From an uncultured Methanosarcinales archaeon (GTDB taxonomy: Archaea; Nanobdellota; Nanobdellia; Woesearchaeales; GW2011-AR9): a DNA stretch of 64,000 nucleotides. Position numbers and translations under genes: made by a program. Below the pieces are notes generated by a model. That model saw only the letters and a list, made by a program, of their open reading frames with translations, searched no databases and was not told the DNA's origin. The DNA is taken from assembly GCA_964373955.1 (NCBI GenBank), contig CAYJXA010000006.1:1735-65734 (forward strand). The letters are read 5' to 3'. Below, in pieces: positions 10,076 through 19,734 of the stretch. How positions within the stretch are numbered: the first letter of the stretch is position 1; each line of letters starts with the position of its first letter.

Positions 10076-10648
10076 ATGATGAACCCTATTACTCCAGCGG
10101 CACCCGCAGTCAGAGAGGAGAAAGCTATTGTGTTAGACTATTTAGAACACGGCTATCCCTTTGAAGAAGGAAGCATGAAGACTCCCATAGTGCAAGCGCT
10201 GGGGATTGAACATTTAACTATTCTGGAGCTTATTCCCAAAAAAGGAGTACAATTACAGCCGCATCAGGAAGTGTACATTGGTGAAGGCAAGCGTGAGGAG
10301 ATTCATCATATTAAAGGTAGAATTCCGATGACGAAATTAACCGCCACGGCAAAAAATGAATTAGCATTAGTGGTAGAGCATGTGGTTGACGGGGAAGAAC
10401 AGAAATTTGTTGGTTTCTTTAATAAAGCTCAGCCTTTGACCATGCGGATGCACCAGTTAGAATTATTGCCGGGATTAGGCAAGAAACATATGTGGGAAAT
10501 CCTGGAAGCACGGAAAGCGAAACCGTTTGAGAATTTTGATGACTTGAAGAAAAGAGTGAAATTATTGCCTGATCCGAAAGTCGTAGTGATTAAACGGATT
10601 ATGCTGGAATTGGAAGGCGAGCAGAAGTATAAAGTGTTTGTGGGTTAA
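10076..10648 (+). CDS. DUF655 family protein (HhH-containing, putative RNA-binding)
   Basis: Conserved archaeal neighbour of rpl21e and rpoF. LPGLGKK helix-hairpin-helix motif. Confidence 0.55.
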   Translation: MMNPITPAAPAVREEKAIVLDYLEHGYPFEEGSMKTPIVQALGIEHLTILELIPKKGVQLQPHQEVYIGEGKREEIHHIKGRIPMTKLTATAKNELALVVEHVVDGEEQKFVGFFNKAQPLTMRMHQLELLPGLGKKHMWEILEARKAKPFENFDDLKKRVKLLPDPKVVVIKRIMLELEGEQKYKVFVG

Positions 10649-11082
10649 CGATTCGATTTCCTAAAGTAGATATGATATTCTCCCATAAATTCTCTTTCTT
10701 TAAAGAGTTGAAACAAGACGCTTTGGGTGTCCCAGGTAGAATATCCAATGTACCACGTAGACGGACTTTCTCTGTGCTGTGTAAAATGACCTATCGCTAA
10801 ATCCGTTAAATCTTCTTCAATTGGTCGTATCCCGCAAATTAATTCACTCCCCGGTGTCTCAAGCCTAACTTGTACTTTTATTACCGGCATGGTATAAGTA
10901 CCTCCCTCGATAGGCTCTCTTTCTTTTCTATATATTCCTGCCCCCTCATTTAAATGATACATTGCTGTTTGCAATAATTGCAAAGTGCTCCCTTCCGCTA
11001 CATCGAATAAAGGATTAAAGAAAATTCTGTGGTATGGCTGTGCTAGTTCAAATAAGTGTTGAATGGGTCTTCCAGTAATCAT
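10645..11082 (-). CDS. Hypothetical protein
   Basis: ORF only. Confidence 0.3.
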   Translation of the reverse strand: MITGRPIQHLFELAQPYHRIFFNPLFDVAEGSTLQLLQTAMYHLNEGAGIYRKEREPIEGGTYTMPVIKVQVRLETPGSELICGIRPIEEDLTDLAIGHFTQHRESPSTWYIGYSTWDTQSVLFQLFKEREFMGEYHIYFRKSNR

Positions 11083-11164
11083 GTTGTTGCTTTTAGGCGA
11101 AAGTATTAAAAATTAATGTCCTAATTAGAAAGTTTTATTAATAAAAAGCCTATTTATCTTTAAA

Positions 11165-11803
11165 ATGTCACAAATAGAACACTGCTTTCGACAATTTCTC
11201 AGTAAAAACCCTGAAGTAGAGTTTTGCTACCAGGAGGGCTTAATTAATCGCCGTTCTTTGGCTCGTTATCTTATTAAGCAGAACGTGGGCAAAAATAATC
11301 AATTAGAAGCAATTATTGCTATGCTCAGACGATTTGATTTTAGGAAGATATCTCCGGTAGAAACACATCTTCTTCGTCTTGCAAAGTTAACTCTCAAAGA
11401 TAATATTGTGATTGTAGGCTTTGAGAAAGATAAAGAGCTCCTTCAAAACTTACAGAAAATTGTTGCTCAAACTAATTATGATAAAGGTGAAACTCTAAAG
11501 ATTATTCTCGGTTCCTCTTCGATAACTCTCTTCTTAGATAAAGAGAGCGAGCATAAGCTTCATCAGCTTCCTAAGAAATTTGTAGTTCTTAACAAATTTT
11601 ACCCTATCTCTGAAATTAGTATCCTTTTCCCTGATAGTCGTATTAGCACTGCTAGGGGGGTATTGTCAGCAGTGTCTCGAGAACTAGCTGTCCACAATAT
11701 TCCCGTTAACGAACTCATAACTGCTAGTCGTGAATTGCTTATTTACATTGAGGAGAAATACACCCTTAAAGCCTACGAAATTATTAAAGACCTTCAAAGA
11801 TAA
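11165..11803 (+). CDS. Hypothetical protein, N-terminal helical domain plus C-terminal ACT-like domain; paralog of 46871..47521
   Basis: Shared N-terminal pattern ...SLARYLIKQ...LEAIIAMLRRFDF versus ...ALARKIAKE...IDAIISAIRRYEG; similar length; ACT-like beta-alpha-beta-beta-alpha-beta tail. Confidence 0.35.
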   Translation: MSQIEHCFRQFLSKNPEVEFCYQEGLINRRSLARYLIKQNVGKNNQLEAIIAMLRRFDFRKISPVETHLLRLAKLTLKDNIVIVGFEKDKELLQNLQKIVAQTNYDKGETLKIILGSSSITLFLDKESEHKLHQLPKKFVVLNKFYPISEISILFPDSRISTARGVLSAVSRELAVHNIPVNELITASRELLIYIEEKYTLKAYEIIKDLQR

Positions 11804-11819
11804 TTCTCCTGGATATCTC

Positions 11820-12350
11820 CTAAAGTATTCCCATAATCACATTATTCATGGGTGTTATTCTTGGATTGATTTGTTGTAGTTCTGCTCTATAACCTTGCTC
11901 TCGGAGGAATTGCAGACGAATAGTATCGTGGTAATCTTCTCTTCGAGGGTACGAAAGTATACGTGAATCGGGCGGTTGTCGTAATTGGTATCTTTTTATT
12001 TGATCGTTATAGCAACAGGGCATGACTGCTACTGGAGTTCTGGCCTGGACTGCTTTCTCCAGTACTTTGTCGGTTAAAATACCACAGGCATGGATGGCGA
12101 TAACGGCAAGGGAAATTCCGGAAGGGATCTCATATGCTTCTACACCGGATAAATCAAGTTCTGCATCATGCACTTCTGCAAGCGTTCGTTCTAATCCTCG
12201 AACTTTTCTAACATCAACAAAAGTTATTTCTCTGACGGATCCCCTTTCTTGGAATACTCTCCCTGCATTTCCATTTCCAGCGCAAAATTCAACAAGGTGA
12301 GGAGGGGAAGAGAAGTAAGCACTAAAAAAAGGTGCGAACAGGTTCTCCTT
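11820..12350 (-). CDS. Class I SAM-dependent methyltransferase-like protein; N-terminus uncertain (possible frameshift or pseudogene)
   Basis: Motif I-like LVEFCAGNGNAG lies upstream of the GTG the ORF track uses as start (12171-12173). The frame stays open to 12350 with no ATG/GTG/TTG upstream of motif I. Confidence 0.4.
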   Translation of the reverse strand, partial: KENLFAPFFSAYFSSPPHLVEFCAGNGNAGRVFQERGSVREITFVDVRKVRGLERTLAEVHDAELDLSGVEAYEIPSGISLAVIAIHACGILTDKVLEKAVQARTPVAVMPCCYNDQIKRYQLRQPPDSRILSYPRREDYHDTIRLQFLREQGYRAELQQINPRITPMNNVIMGIL

Positions 12351-12751
12351 CTAGGATTTACATTTACTGCTCATTCTCTCGAAGAATTAGGGTTCATTAT
12401 TTCCCTATTTGCTATTATTGTTTTAACTACCTTTGCCTTGCATAAACTCGTGATGGAATCAAGAATAAAAGTATTGGAACAAGAGGTAAACCAACTCCAG
12501 CAAGAAAAATTGTTATTAGAGTCCTATGCTAAAGAAGCTAGAAATGAATTCAGTCAAATCTTTCACGAATCCATGTCGAAAGGTTTAAATATGTCTCCAT
12601 CGGTCTCTATTGTTAAAAATGAAAGAAGATAAGGAGTTCATACAATTCTTATTGGAGAGTAAAAAGAGGTTTGATCAAGCAATGGATAAGTTTGATTATC
12701 ACAGCCGTGAATTCGATCGCAAAGTAAGTAAAATTCTGGCAAACTTATAAC

Positions 12752-13150
12752 CTACCAATCAAACTGCCATTTCATGTCCTGCTTCTTTTCTTCTACTAAC
12801 TCTTTTAATCCTGCTCTTTTAGCTCTCGACAGCAGTTCTCTGGCAACTTGTTTTATTCTAATCCCATTGATATCAGCATCGTTCTGGAAGAATTCATACC
12901 GTTGAAGGATGTTCTCTAATATCTCTGCTTGGGTTTCTAGATTCACTAACAGGACTTCTTCTTTGGCCACTTCCCGTTCCCGCTCCAGTTCTTCCAGCTT
13001 TTGTAAATCTTTTAATAATGGTTTAACGTCATCTTTAACTTCCTGCAGAAATTCAATCACAGCTTGGATATCTTTGAGCGTATCTACTTTCTTTTCAGCT
13101 TCTTGCTTGCCAAACATCTTTTTCCACCAGCTCTTTTCGTATACTGCCAT
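12752..13150 (-). CDS. Coiled-coil hypothetical protein
   Basis: 132 aa, charged heptad repeats. Confidence 0.35.
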   Translation of the reverse strand: MAVYEKSWWKKMFGKQEAEKKVDTLKDIQAVIEFLQEVKDDVKPLLKDLQKLEELEREREVAKEEVLLVNLETQAEILENILQRYEFFQNDADINGIRIKQVARELLSRAKRAGLKELVEEKKQDMKWQFDW

Positions 13151-13244
13151 GCTTTAAATAAAATGTTTAGAGATTAAAAACCTTTCCCTTTCTTAATTAA
13201 TATCCCCCCTCTCGAGAGGAGATAACAATATAAAGAGGCTTCTC

Positions 13245-13811
13245 TTGTATTACGATATGGCTGATTACCATTTCATAAGCGCGCAAAACCTTCTCCTGGA
13301 TTCTTTCCGCTTGGCCAAGGCGGTTCTCGATTCTGGGTATAAACCTAATTATATAGTAGCGTTGTGGAGAGGAGGATCTTCGATAGGGATAGCGGTGCAG
13401 GAATTTTTGGCGTATAAAGGTGTAGAAACGGATCATATTGCCGTTAGAACTTCAAAATACAAAGGGGTAGATCAAACTGAAGAGCAAGTGCGAGTTCACG
13501 GTCTTGATTACCTCGTTGAGAGAGTCAATGCAGGGGATCGTTTGTTATTTATTGATGATGTATATGATACTGGGTTAAGCATGAAAGCAGTACTAGATAC
13601 ACTCCGAGAAAGAACTAAAGAAAGGATGCCGCGAGAGATTAAAATTGCGACAGTTTACTATAAACCAACTCGGAATAGGAGTGGTCGTGTTCCGGACTTT
13701 TATCTCCATGAAACTAATCAATGGTTATTTTTGCCCCACGAACTGCAAGGCTTAAGTCCGGCGGAAATATTGAAGGGGCTTGGGCCGGAAGTTTATAATC
13801 TATTACAATAA
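13245..13811 (+). CDS. Type I phosphoribosyltransferase (purine PRTase-like)
   Basis: PRPP-binding motif LLFIDDVYDTGLSMKAV preceded by IVALWRGGSSIG. Confidence 0.65.
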   Translation: MYYDMADYHFISAQNLLLDSFRLAKAVLDSGYKPNYIVALWRGGSSIGIAVQEFLAYKGVETDHIAVRTSKYKGVDQTEEQVRVHGLDYLVERVNAGDRLLFIDDVYDTGLSMKAVLDTLRERTKERMPREIKIATVYYKPTRNRSGRVPDFYLHETNQWLFLPHELQGLSPAEILKGLGPEVYNLLQ

Positions 13812-13901
13812 TCTTGCATAAAGATTAAATCAATTAGCAGTAATAAGGGATAATGCACCATCGAAATTCTTAAAAAGCTCTTCCTTCGGCGTATTTTCAC
13901 C

Positions 13902-14189
13902 ATGAATAAAAAAGCAGAAATAGCCATTGCCATCATCGCGGTCATTCTCGCTCTGATCATACTCGTCATTTATCTGGTGAATATTGCCACCCGGGAATGT
14001 AATAATAATAGTGACTGCCCTTCCAATTCCTATTGCGGGACGGACTATGCCTGCCACGAATTTCCAAATCAAGTCATTGTCAAAGAAACAAATTTTATTC
14101 CTGCGGCGATTATTATTGGGATTTCATTGATTATTGCAGCTTATATCTTTAAGAAGGAAAAGATAGAACAGAAAAAAAGCTTAAGTTAA
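13902..14189 (+). CDS. Small membrane protein with Cys-rich ectodomain
   Basis: Two TM helices flanking ECNNNSDCPSNSYCGTDYAC. Confidence 0.4.
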   Translation: MNKKAEIAIAIIAVILALIILVIYLVNIATRECNNNSDCPSNSYCGTDYACHEFPNQVIVKETNFIPAAIIIGISLIIAAYIFKKEKIEQKKSLS

Positions 14190-15038
14190 GGTTTTGATCC
14201 CAAACAGGACTGCCGTGCCGCCCACTTTGACTTTATTTTTCACTTCTACGAGAACTTTACCGGGCTTCTTCAAAATATACCCTTGTTCTACGATAAACCT
14301 ACTGTCTTTTGAGACTTTATACTTTATCGCATACGCTCCCAGTGCTCCTGCAGCAATGCCGGTAATCGGGTCTTCGTCAATCCCCGCGAGAGGATTAAAC
14401 TGCCGTGCGTGGAAATCGGAGCGTTTATCTTTTGTTTCAGTAGTAAAAACGTAAAGTCCAGAAGTGCCGCATTTTTTACACCATCTCTTTATCCCTTCGA
14501 GATTGGGCTTGACTCGGAATAAAACAGCTAAAGATTTAACCGGAACCATGAGCTTTGGTGATCCAATCGACACTACCTGTAGCGGAGAGGGCAGGAGATC
14601 AGGAATAGTTATTCCTAACAAAGAGACAATCTCCTGCTTTTTTATTTCTCGATTCCCGAATTTTGCTTCTGGAAATTCCATCGTTATCATTCCCTCTTTA
14701 CCATATTCTACTGGAAATATTCCTGCTTCTGTCTCTATTGATATTGTTACTGCCTTTGTTTCACCAACTTTTCTTAGCATATATGCTGCTGCAAGAGTAG
14801 CATGGACACAAATAGCAACTTCTTTAGTAGGAGTGAAGAATCTTACTCTAAAATCTGCTTTCTGGGAGGGGCAGATAAATGCTGATTCGGAGAATAGTAA
14901 TGAAGAAGCTATCTCTTGCATTTTTCTTTCCGATAAATTCTCCGCGTTGAGGATAATTCCCGCCGGATTGCCCTCTTTCTTATTCTTGGTAAATGCTTTT
15001 ACTAAATAAACAGTAGTCATACTAGGCCTACCACTCAA
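14181..15038 (-). CDS. PhzF family (phenazine biosynthesis-like) isomerase
   Basis: N-terminus ...VYLVKAFTKNKKEGNPAGIIL... and length 285 aa typical of the PhzF/YHI9 family. Confidence 0.7.
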   Translation of the reverse strand: MSGRPSMTTVYLVKAFTKNKKEGNPAGIILNAENLSERKMQEIASSLLFSESAFICPSQKADFRVRFFTPTKEVAICVHATLAAAYMLRKVGETKAVTISIETEAGIFPVEYGKEGMITMEFPEAKFGNREIKKQEIVSLLGITIPDLLPSPLQVVSIGSPKLMVPVKSLAVLFRVKPNLEGIKRWCKKCGTSGLYVFTTETKDKRSDFHARQFNPLAGIDEDPITGIAAGALGAYAIKYKVSKDSRFIVEQGYILKKPGKVLVEVKNKVKVGGTAVLFGIKTLT

Positions 15039-15358
15039 GATTCTTTTTAAGATTATCTCATTATTGATCTATAGAATATTAATTCGGAAGAAGTCCCATC
15101 TCTTCGCATAACTTTTTTTGATTTTCAGTAAGCTTCTGAAAATTTTTTATTACAAATTCTGCAAATTCCTGATCGATGTCCACACCCATGTGAAAAAGCT
15201 AAATAAAACAAATATATAAAGTTTGTTCATTCTGAAAAAGGAGTAAAAAGAATATTGAAAAGAAATATTCGTTTTTTTATTTTTAACTTTTACTCTTCTC
15301 ATCGTCGTAATATTTTGTTGTTGCTCTTGCAGAATAAAATCTTTTACTAACTGGGAAG

Positions 15359-16552
15359 TTAAAATTCGTTCAACTTTCTTTGTTCTTTTTTATGCTGGAG
15401 TAGTTTGCTTTTTTGCAATAACTGGCCGATATCAACCCCAAATTTATGTTTAATGATGGATGCAGCGTACTGTATCATTAACTCTTGACTTGAAAATTCT
15501 ACTGGTTTATTTTGCAACGCCTTTCTACTTGCTTCCCGGCAAACCCATACACCAAGAGGAATAGTATATTCGGAGGTGATGAAGCGCAGCACTAAAGCGG
15601 AATGTTGCCGCTTACATTCTTTCATCATTTCTAATACCGCAAGCCTATTTGCATAATATCCTCCAGCAGTCTCTTCCGCATATTCCTTTCTTCCATTGTA
15701 CTCTTCATAATCGGTAGAATAAAAATTTCCTTCTTTTGACCAGGAATTGATTTTATAATTAATATACATTTCAAAGAGTTCATAACTCCATACTTCCGGA
15801 AAGAGGAGTACTAGATAATAATTTCCCCATTCTCCTCCAAAGTACGCGTAATATCCCCCTACGGAAAAATCTTTGATCTCCTGGATTAATTTTTTCCCCA
15901 GGGTATCATCAATGGCGGTAATGCTCCACCTGGTGGGAACTAATTTCCTGTCTTTGCCTATTCCCACATTGCCTACGGACATGAGTTTCGTGAGAAAATT
16001 CTCTTCGAATCCTTTTTTGTACAAGGAAATGACTGCTTCTGCTGCTTTAAGGTCAACATCACTCACCACTCGTTCTACCCTGGAATCAACGGTAGGATTA
16101 GCGGTGATCTGTGCTTTCTGCAATTCCGCTTGAGGCCCGAAAGGAATGATTTCCCTTTCCGGTTTTAAAGTCAGTTTAGGTTTGTCTTTAAGATTGACTT
16201 CCAATTCCACTGGTTTTGATGCCATTCCTATCTCCTGGCAAATCTCTCGAAATCGTGATTTTTTGAATATCTCCTTGACGTTCCCACTTGTTTTGGCATT
16301 TACTAATCCATAACGCAGACTGGCAATGTTTCCAACAGGCGTATTCTGCTGGCTCCACGCTTTTGGAGAATCGTAGTGGGAGGTATCTCCCGGAATTTGT
16401 GGGCTAAGAATGCCTATGTTTACGTGCGGATAGCCAAACCGTCCAATGAAAGGGGCAGGCGAACTTCCCTGAAAATTCTGTTTGAAGTCTTGTTTTATGT
16501 TTAAAAGTGGGATCCGTTCAAGATCTTTGTATTTACTTCGCTGAAGATTCAT
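15359..16552 (-). CDS. NreA-like archaeal DNA-repair-associated protein (DUF650/DUF651-like)
   Basis: About 400 aa. Motif FIGRFGYPHVNIGILSP resembles the Nre family. C-terminal QRKLNEF resembles a PIP box. Confidence 0.4.
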   Translation of the reverse strand: MNLQRSKYKDLERIPLLNIKQDFKQNFQGSSPAPFIGRFGYPHVNIGILSPQIPGDTSHYDSPKAWSQQNTPVGNIASLRYGLVNAKTSGNVKEIFKKSRFREICQEIGMASKPVELEVNLKDKPKLTLKPEREIIPFGPQAELQKAQITANPTVDSRVERVVSDVDLKAAEAVISLYKKGFEENFLTKLMSVGNVGIGKDRKLVPTRWSITAIDDTLGKKLIQEIKDFSVGGYYAYFGGEWGNYYLVLLFPEVWSYELFEMYINYKINSWSKEGNFYSTDYEEYNGRKEYAEETAGGYYANRLAVLEMMKECKRQHSALVLRFITSEYTIPLGVWVCREASRKALQNKPVEFSSQELMIQYAASIIKHKFGVDIGQLLQKSKLLQHKKEQRKLNEF

Positions 16553-16654
16553 TCAGAAAAAGCGTGAGACGAACTACTTTTAATATTTATTGTTCCTTCT
16601 CAAAAAGGAAATCACCCACCGCCGGTCCAAGACCGGGTGGAAAATTCCGTGATT

Positions 16655-17344
16655 TTAGGCAGCATCGAGCAAGAAAACTCGTTGTGGATGCAAATCCTGG
16701 ACACGGCAATAAAAGCTATTTCTCTGCGGGTTCACCAATAAATGAGCTGCACCACAAATAGCGGCAATTCGCTGTTCCGGTTCTGCTGCTATTGCTGTCC
16801 GCAGTGCTTTTTCCATTAACACATCCCTTTCTCCTACGTTAATAGAATGTCTTGGAAGGAACCGAACTGCGCTGGGTTCGTCTGCAGTTCCAATGACGCT
16901 CTTAAAGTAACCAAACATTAATCCTGCAACTGCTTGCGAGCGTTGGAATAGTTCTCTCATGCTCTCGGGAGTGTAATTACGGACGCAATTATCAACACTT
17001 CTCTCAACCATCGCTCTGATCTCTGCTTCGATTGCGCTTTCGGTAGAATCATTCATGTACGTTGGTAAAGGTAATCCGACGTTGCGGCAGTATGCCAATG
17101 CTGCTTTTGTTTCATAGTGCTTCAATCGTTGTTCTTCTAAGAATAGAGCAGCTATTTCAGGATGAACTCTTCTGGCAGCCAGAATTTCTTCAGCGAAGCG
17201 TAGATAGGTCTCCTGGGCTTGAACTCTGGAGGTGGATCCTTCTAATAAGATTCTTTGTGGGGATAATTCTTCCAATGTTCGTTCAAGCTGAGCTGCTCCT
17301 CCCGGGAGGGCATGTCTCACTCCAATCAAGATACAATCTGGCAT
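16655..17344 (-). CDS. TraB/PrgY/GumN family protein
   Basis: N-terminus ILIGVRHALPGGAAQLERTLEELSPQRILLE matches the TraB family signature. Confidence 0.55.
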   Translation of the reverse strand: MPDCILIGVRHALPGGAAQLERTLEELSPQRILLEGSTSRVQAQETYLRFAEEILAARRVHPEIAALFLEEQRLKHYETKAALAYCRNVGLPLPTYMNDSTESAIEAEIRAMVERSVDNCVRNYTPESMRELFQRSQAVAGLMFGYFKSVIGTADEPSAVRFLPRHSINVGERDVLMEKALRTAIAAEPEQRIAAICGAAHLLVNPQRNSFYCRVQDLHPQRVFLLDAA

Positions 17345-17405
17345 ACCTTCTCTTAAAGCAGGCCTATTTATAAATATTCTGTTATTAACTACTCTTTAAT
17401 AATAA

Positions 17406-18905
17406 CTACTCCTCAGAATTCTTCTCTTTTTTCTTTCTTCCTTTTTTTGCCTTCTTAGCAGGAACTTCTTCTCCTTCCTGAAGTTTGTCTCCCTCACTTG
17501 GTTTTGATTCTGGTTCTGCTACTTTTTCTTGATGGACGGGAGCGGCTTCTACGGCAGAAATCGTTTGGGCTGCATGTTCCTCTTTTTTCTTAAATCTATT
17601 TTTAACGTCTTCCGTGAGTTTACCGGCTTGTTCAGTTACTTTTGCGGCATGGGACTTTAATTTCACCAGAATCCCCCCTAATGTACCGAGAGCAGCGATA
17701 ATCGCCGTAATCGCTAACAAATTATCTTTTGCCCACATTAGGGGAGTTACTTTTTGTTTACGCGCATTTTGTAAGCTGGTGGTAAGGTCTGCAAGAGAAG
17801 TGCTTGCTACATCCATGGTTACTTTTGCATCTGCCAATTCGTTTTTCAATAATTGCTCTTGTGCATCCTGTAATTGTTTCTGGGTAGTTTTAATCGTGTC
17901 AAAGATTTCTGACACAAAATACCCTTCCGCTTTTTTATCTTGATAGACGTCCTGCTGTTCTTGCAACTGCGCTCTCAGTAAAGTGAGCTGTGCTTGCAAA
18001 TCTTCTTTATTATATTGCACCTGTGCGGTTACCGTAAACGTAATCGGAAAACTTTTGTCTACCGCTTTCAGAACCCCATTCAAGTTTCCATTTTGCAGCA
18101 CATTGATTTTTACCGTTAACGAGTCTTGGTCTCCGGGATTAAGTACAGGAATAGTAGTAGAGGTTAGATGTTGCATTCCCGCACCAACGATCTTCCCGCT
18201 GATATCTCTAACTGGCTCTTCACCGTTATTGGAGACAATAAATGTAATTTCATTATTCCCAGGAGTAATACTGCTGGGGAAGTAGGAAGTGAGGTTGAGT
18301 TTAGAATCGTATTGAGTCACCTGCAGGGAAAGTATTTTTGTTGCCGTTGCGCCGCTGGCATCAGTCACTCGGAGAGTTACATTATATTCTCCTGCGGATT
18401 GGAAGGTGGTGGAAGGATTTTGTTGAGTGTTATCCGGAGTCCCATCACCATTGAAATCCCACAAATAGGTTAAAGGCTCCCTTCCGGTGGCGGCAGCAGT
18501 AAATTGAACTGCCAATGGTGCTTTCCCAGAAGAAGGATTGGCAACAATAGATACAGTTAATGGATTTGGAATTGGACTTTGGTTTCGCACGGTAATAGTT
18601 TTAGTGAGTGTACTTTCCGTGTCGTTGATGGTTATATTCACAGTTACAGTATATGTTCCTTCTTGGGCATACGTATATTGAGGATTTGCATCGGTGCTGT
18701 CAACAGTTCCGTCATCATTGAAATCCCAGGCATAGGAAGCAATGGTTTGATTTTCTGCATCAACACGAAAAGAAATGACTAAAGGTTCATTGCCGGAGTC
18801 AGGGGTAGCAGTAATGGAAAGGTTTTCTTCTGCCAGAACTATTAATGAGAATAAAGTTATTAGTAATACTATAGTAATACTCTTAACAACCCCCCAATTG
18901 CTCAT
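17406..18905 (-). CDS. Secreted PKD-domain surface protein with coiled-coil, TM anchor and Lys-rich tail
   Basis: Signal peptide; two PKD motifs (WDFNDDGTVDS, WDFNGDGTPDN); TM helix LLAITAIIAALGTLGGILV; KKAKKGRKKKEK tail. Confidence 0.7.
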   Translation of the reverse strand: MSNWGVVKSITIVLLITLFSLIVLAEENLSITATPDSGNEPLVISFRVDAENQTIASYAWDFNDDGTVDSTDANPQYTYAQEGTYTVTVNITINDTESTLTKTITVRNQSPIPNPLTVSIVANPSSGKAPLAVQFTAAATGREPLTYLWDFNGDGTPDNTQQNPSTTFQSAGEYNVTLRVTDASGATATKILSLQVTQYDSKLNLTSYFPSSITPGNNEITFIVSNNGEEPVRDISGKIVGAGMQHLTSTTIPVLNPGDQDSLTVKINVLQNGNLNGVLKAVDKSFPITFTVTAQVQYNKEDLQAQLTLLRAQLQEQQDVYQDKKAEGYFVSEIFDTIKTTQKQLQDAQEQLLKNELADAKVTMDVASTSLADLTTSLQNARKQKVTPLMWAKDNLLAITAIIAALGTLGGILVKLKSHAAKVTEQAGKLTEDVKNRFKKKEEHAAQTISAVEAAPVHQEKVAEPESKPSEGDKLQEGEEVPAKKAKKGRKKKEKNSEE

Positions 18906-18977
18906 GATTTTAATTCAAAAAGGGCTCTGCTTTTAAAGATTTCTATAGTGGGGATGAGTCTGTTGCTCTTATTCTTC

Positions 18978-19619
18978 CTATTCCACTTTACAGCTTGCAA
19001 ACCATGCTTGATTCACCAATTCCTTAGCTAAATGATTAATGTCCGCTTTCGTTCCCTCGATCAGGAACGTAATAGTCATCTTCTGCTCGCCTTTGTTAAC
19101 TTCGATTCCCAGCATCTTATGCTTATGCGCAGTAGAGAAGATCCTATCCAATTCACTCGTAGGAATAAGTTTATTGGTAGTGATCACAATTCTCTTCTGG
19201 AATGCGCCAATGGATCTCTTTTCCAGATAACTGTCAATTGCTAGCACTACCCAGGCCATCCCGTAAAGAATTGTTCCTAAAAAATATTCTCCCAATCCAA
19301 TGACTACGCCTACAATTGCAAACAGCCAAATGCTCGCTGCACTGGTAAATCCACTGGTTTTATCAGAGGTTCTGATCAGTGCTCCTGCTCCCAGGAATCC
19401 AATACCGGTGACGATGGAGCCTACCAACACTAACGGATTATCACCCTGAACAGTGACGGAAATGACTGAAAGAGCAGTAGCTCCCAGGGAGACAAAAATA
19501 AATGTTCCAAAACCAATTGGTTTGTGCATTTTCTGGCGGACTAAACCGAAGAACAAGGATGCCAGAACTACGATGCCTAACCGGAAAATGGCGATGTTGA
19601 AATCCATCATTTCTTCCAA
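18978..19619 (-). CDS. MgtC/SapB family membrane protein
   Basis: 213 aa multi-TM protein with MgtC-like N-terminal region (LGIVVLASLFFGLVRQ...GFGTF...). Confidence 0.55.
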   Translation of the reverse strand: MEEMMDFNIAIFRLGIVVLASLFFGLVRQKMHKPIGFGTFIFVSLGATALSVISVTVQGDNPLVLVGSIVTGIGFLGAGALIRTSDKTSGFTSAASIWLFAIVGVVIGLGEYFLGTILYGMAWVVLAIDSYLEKRSIGAFQKRIVITTNKLIPTSELDRIFSTAHKHKMLGIEVNKGEQKMTITFLIEGTKADINHLAKELVNQAWFASCKVE

Positions 19620-19734
19620 GGATAACTTCTATATAAACTTTTATAGATATTCTAGGGCATACCAACTAATGAAACATAAACTTCTCTTAATATAAATCTT
19701 TATATACAAAATATAGGCCCCCTAGGGGTGATTT

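Noticed and set aside
19719-19728. Perfect 10-bp palindrome cccctagggg just upstream of the 925-aa ORF, considered as an operator
   Set aside because: It overlaps a strong Shine-Dalgarno match (aggggtgat) 5 nt before the ATG. The ribosome-binding site explains it, and there is no second half-site or repeat.
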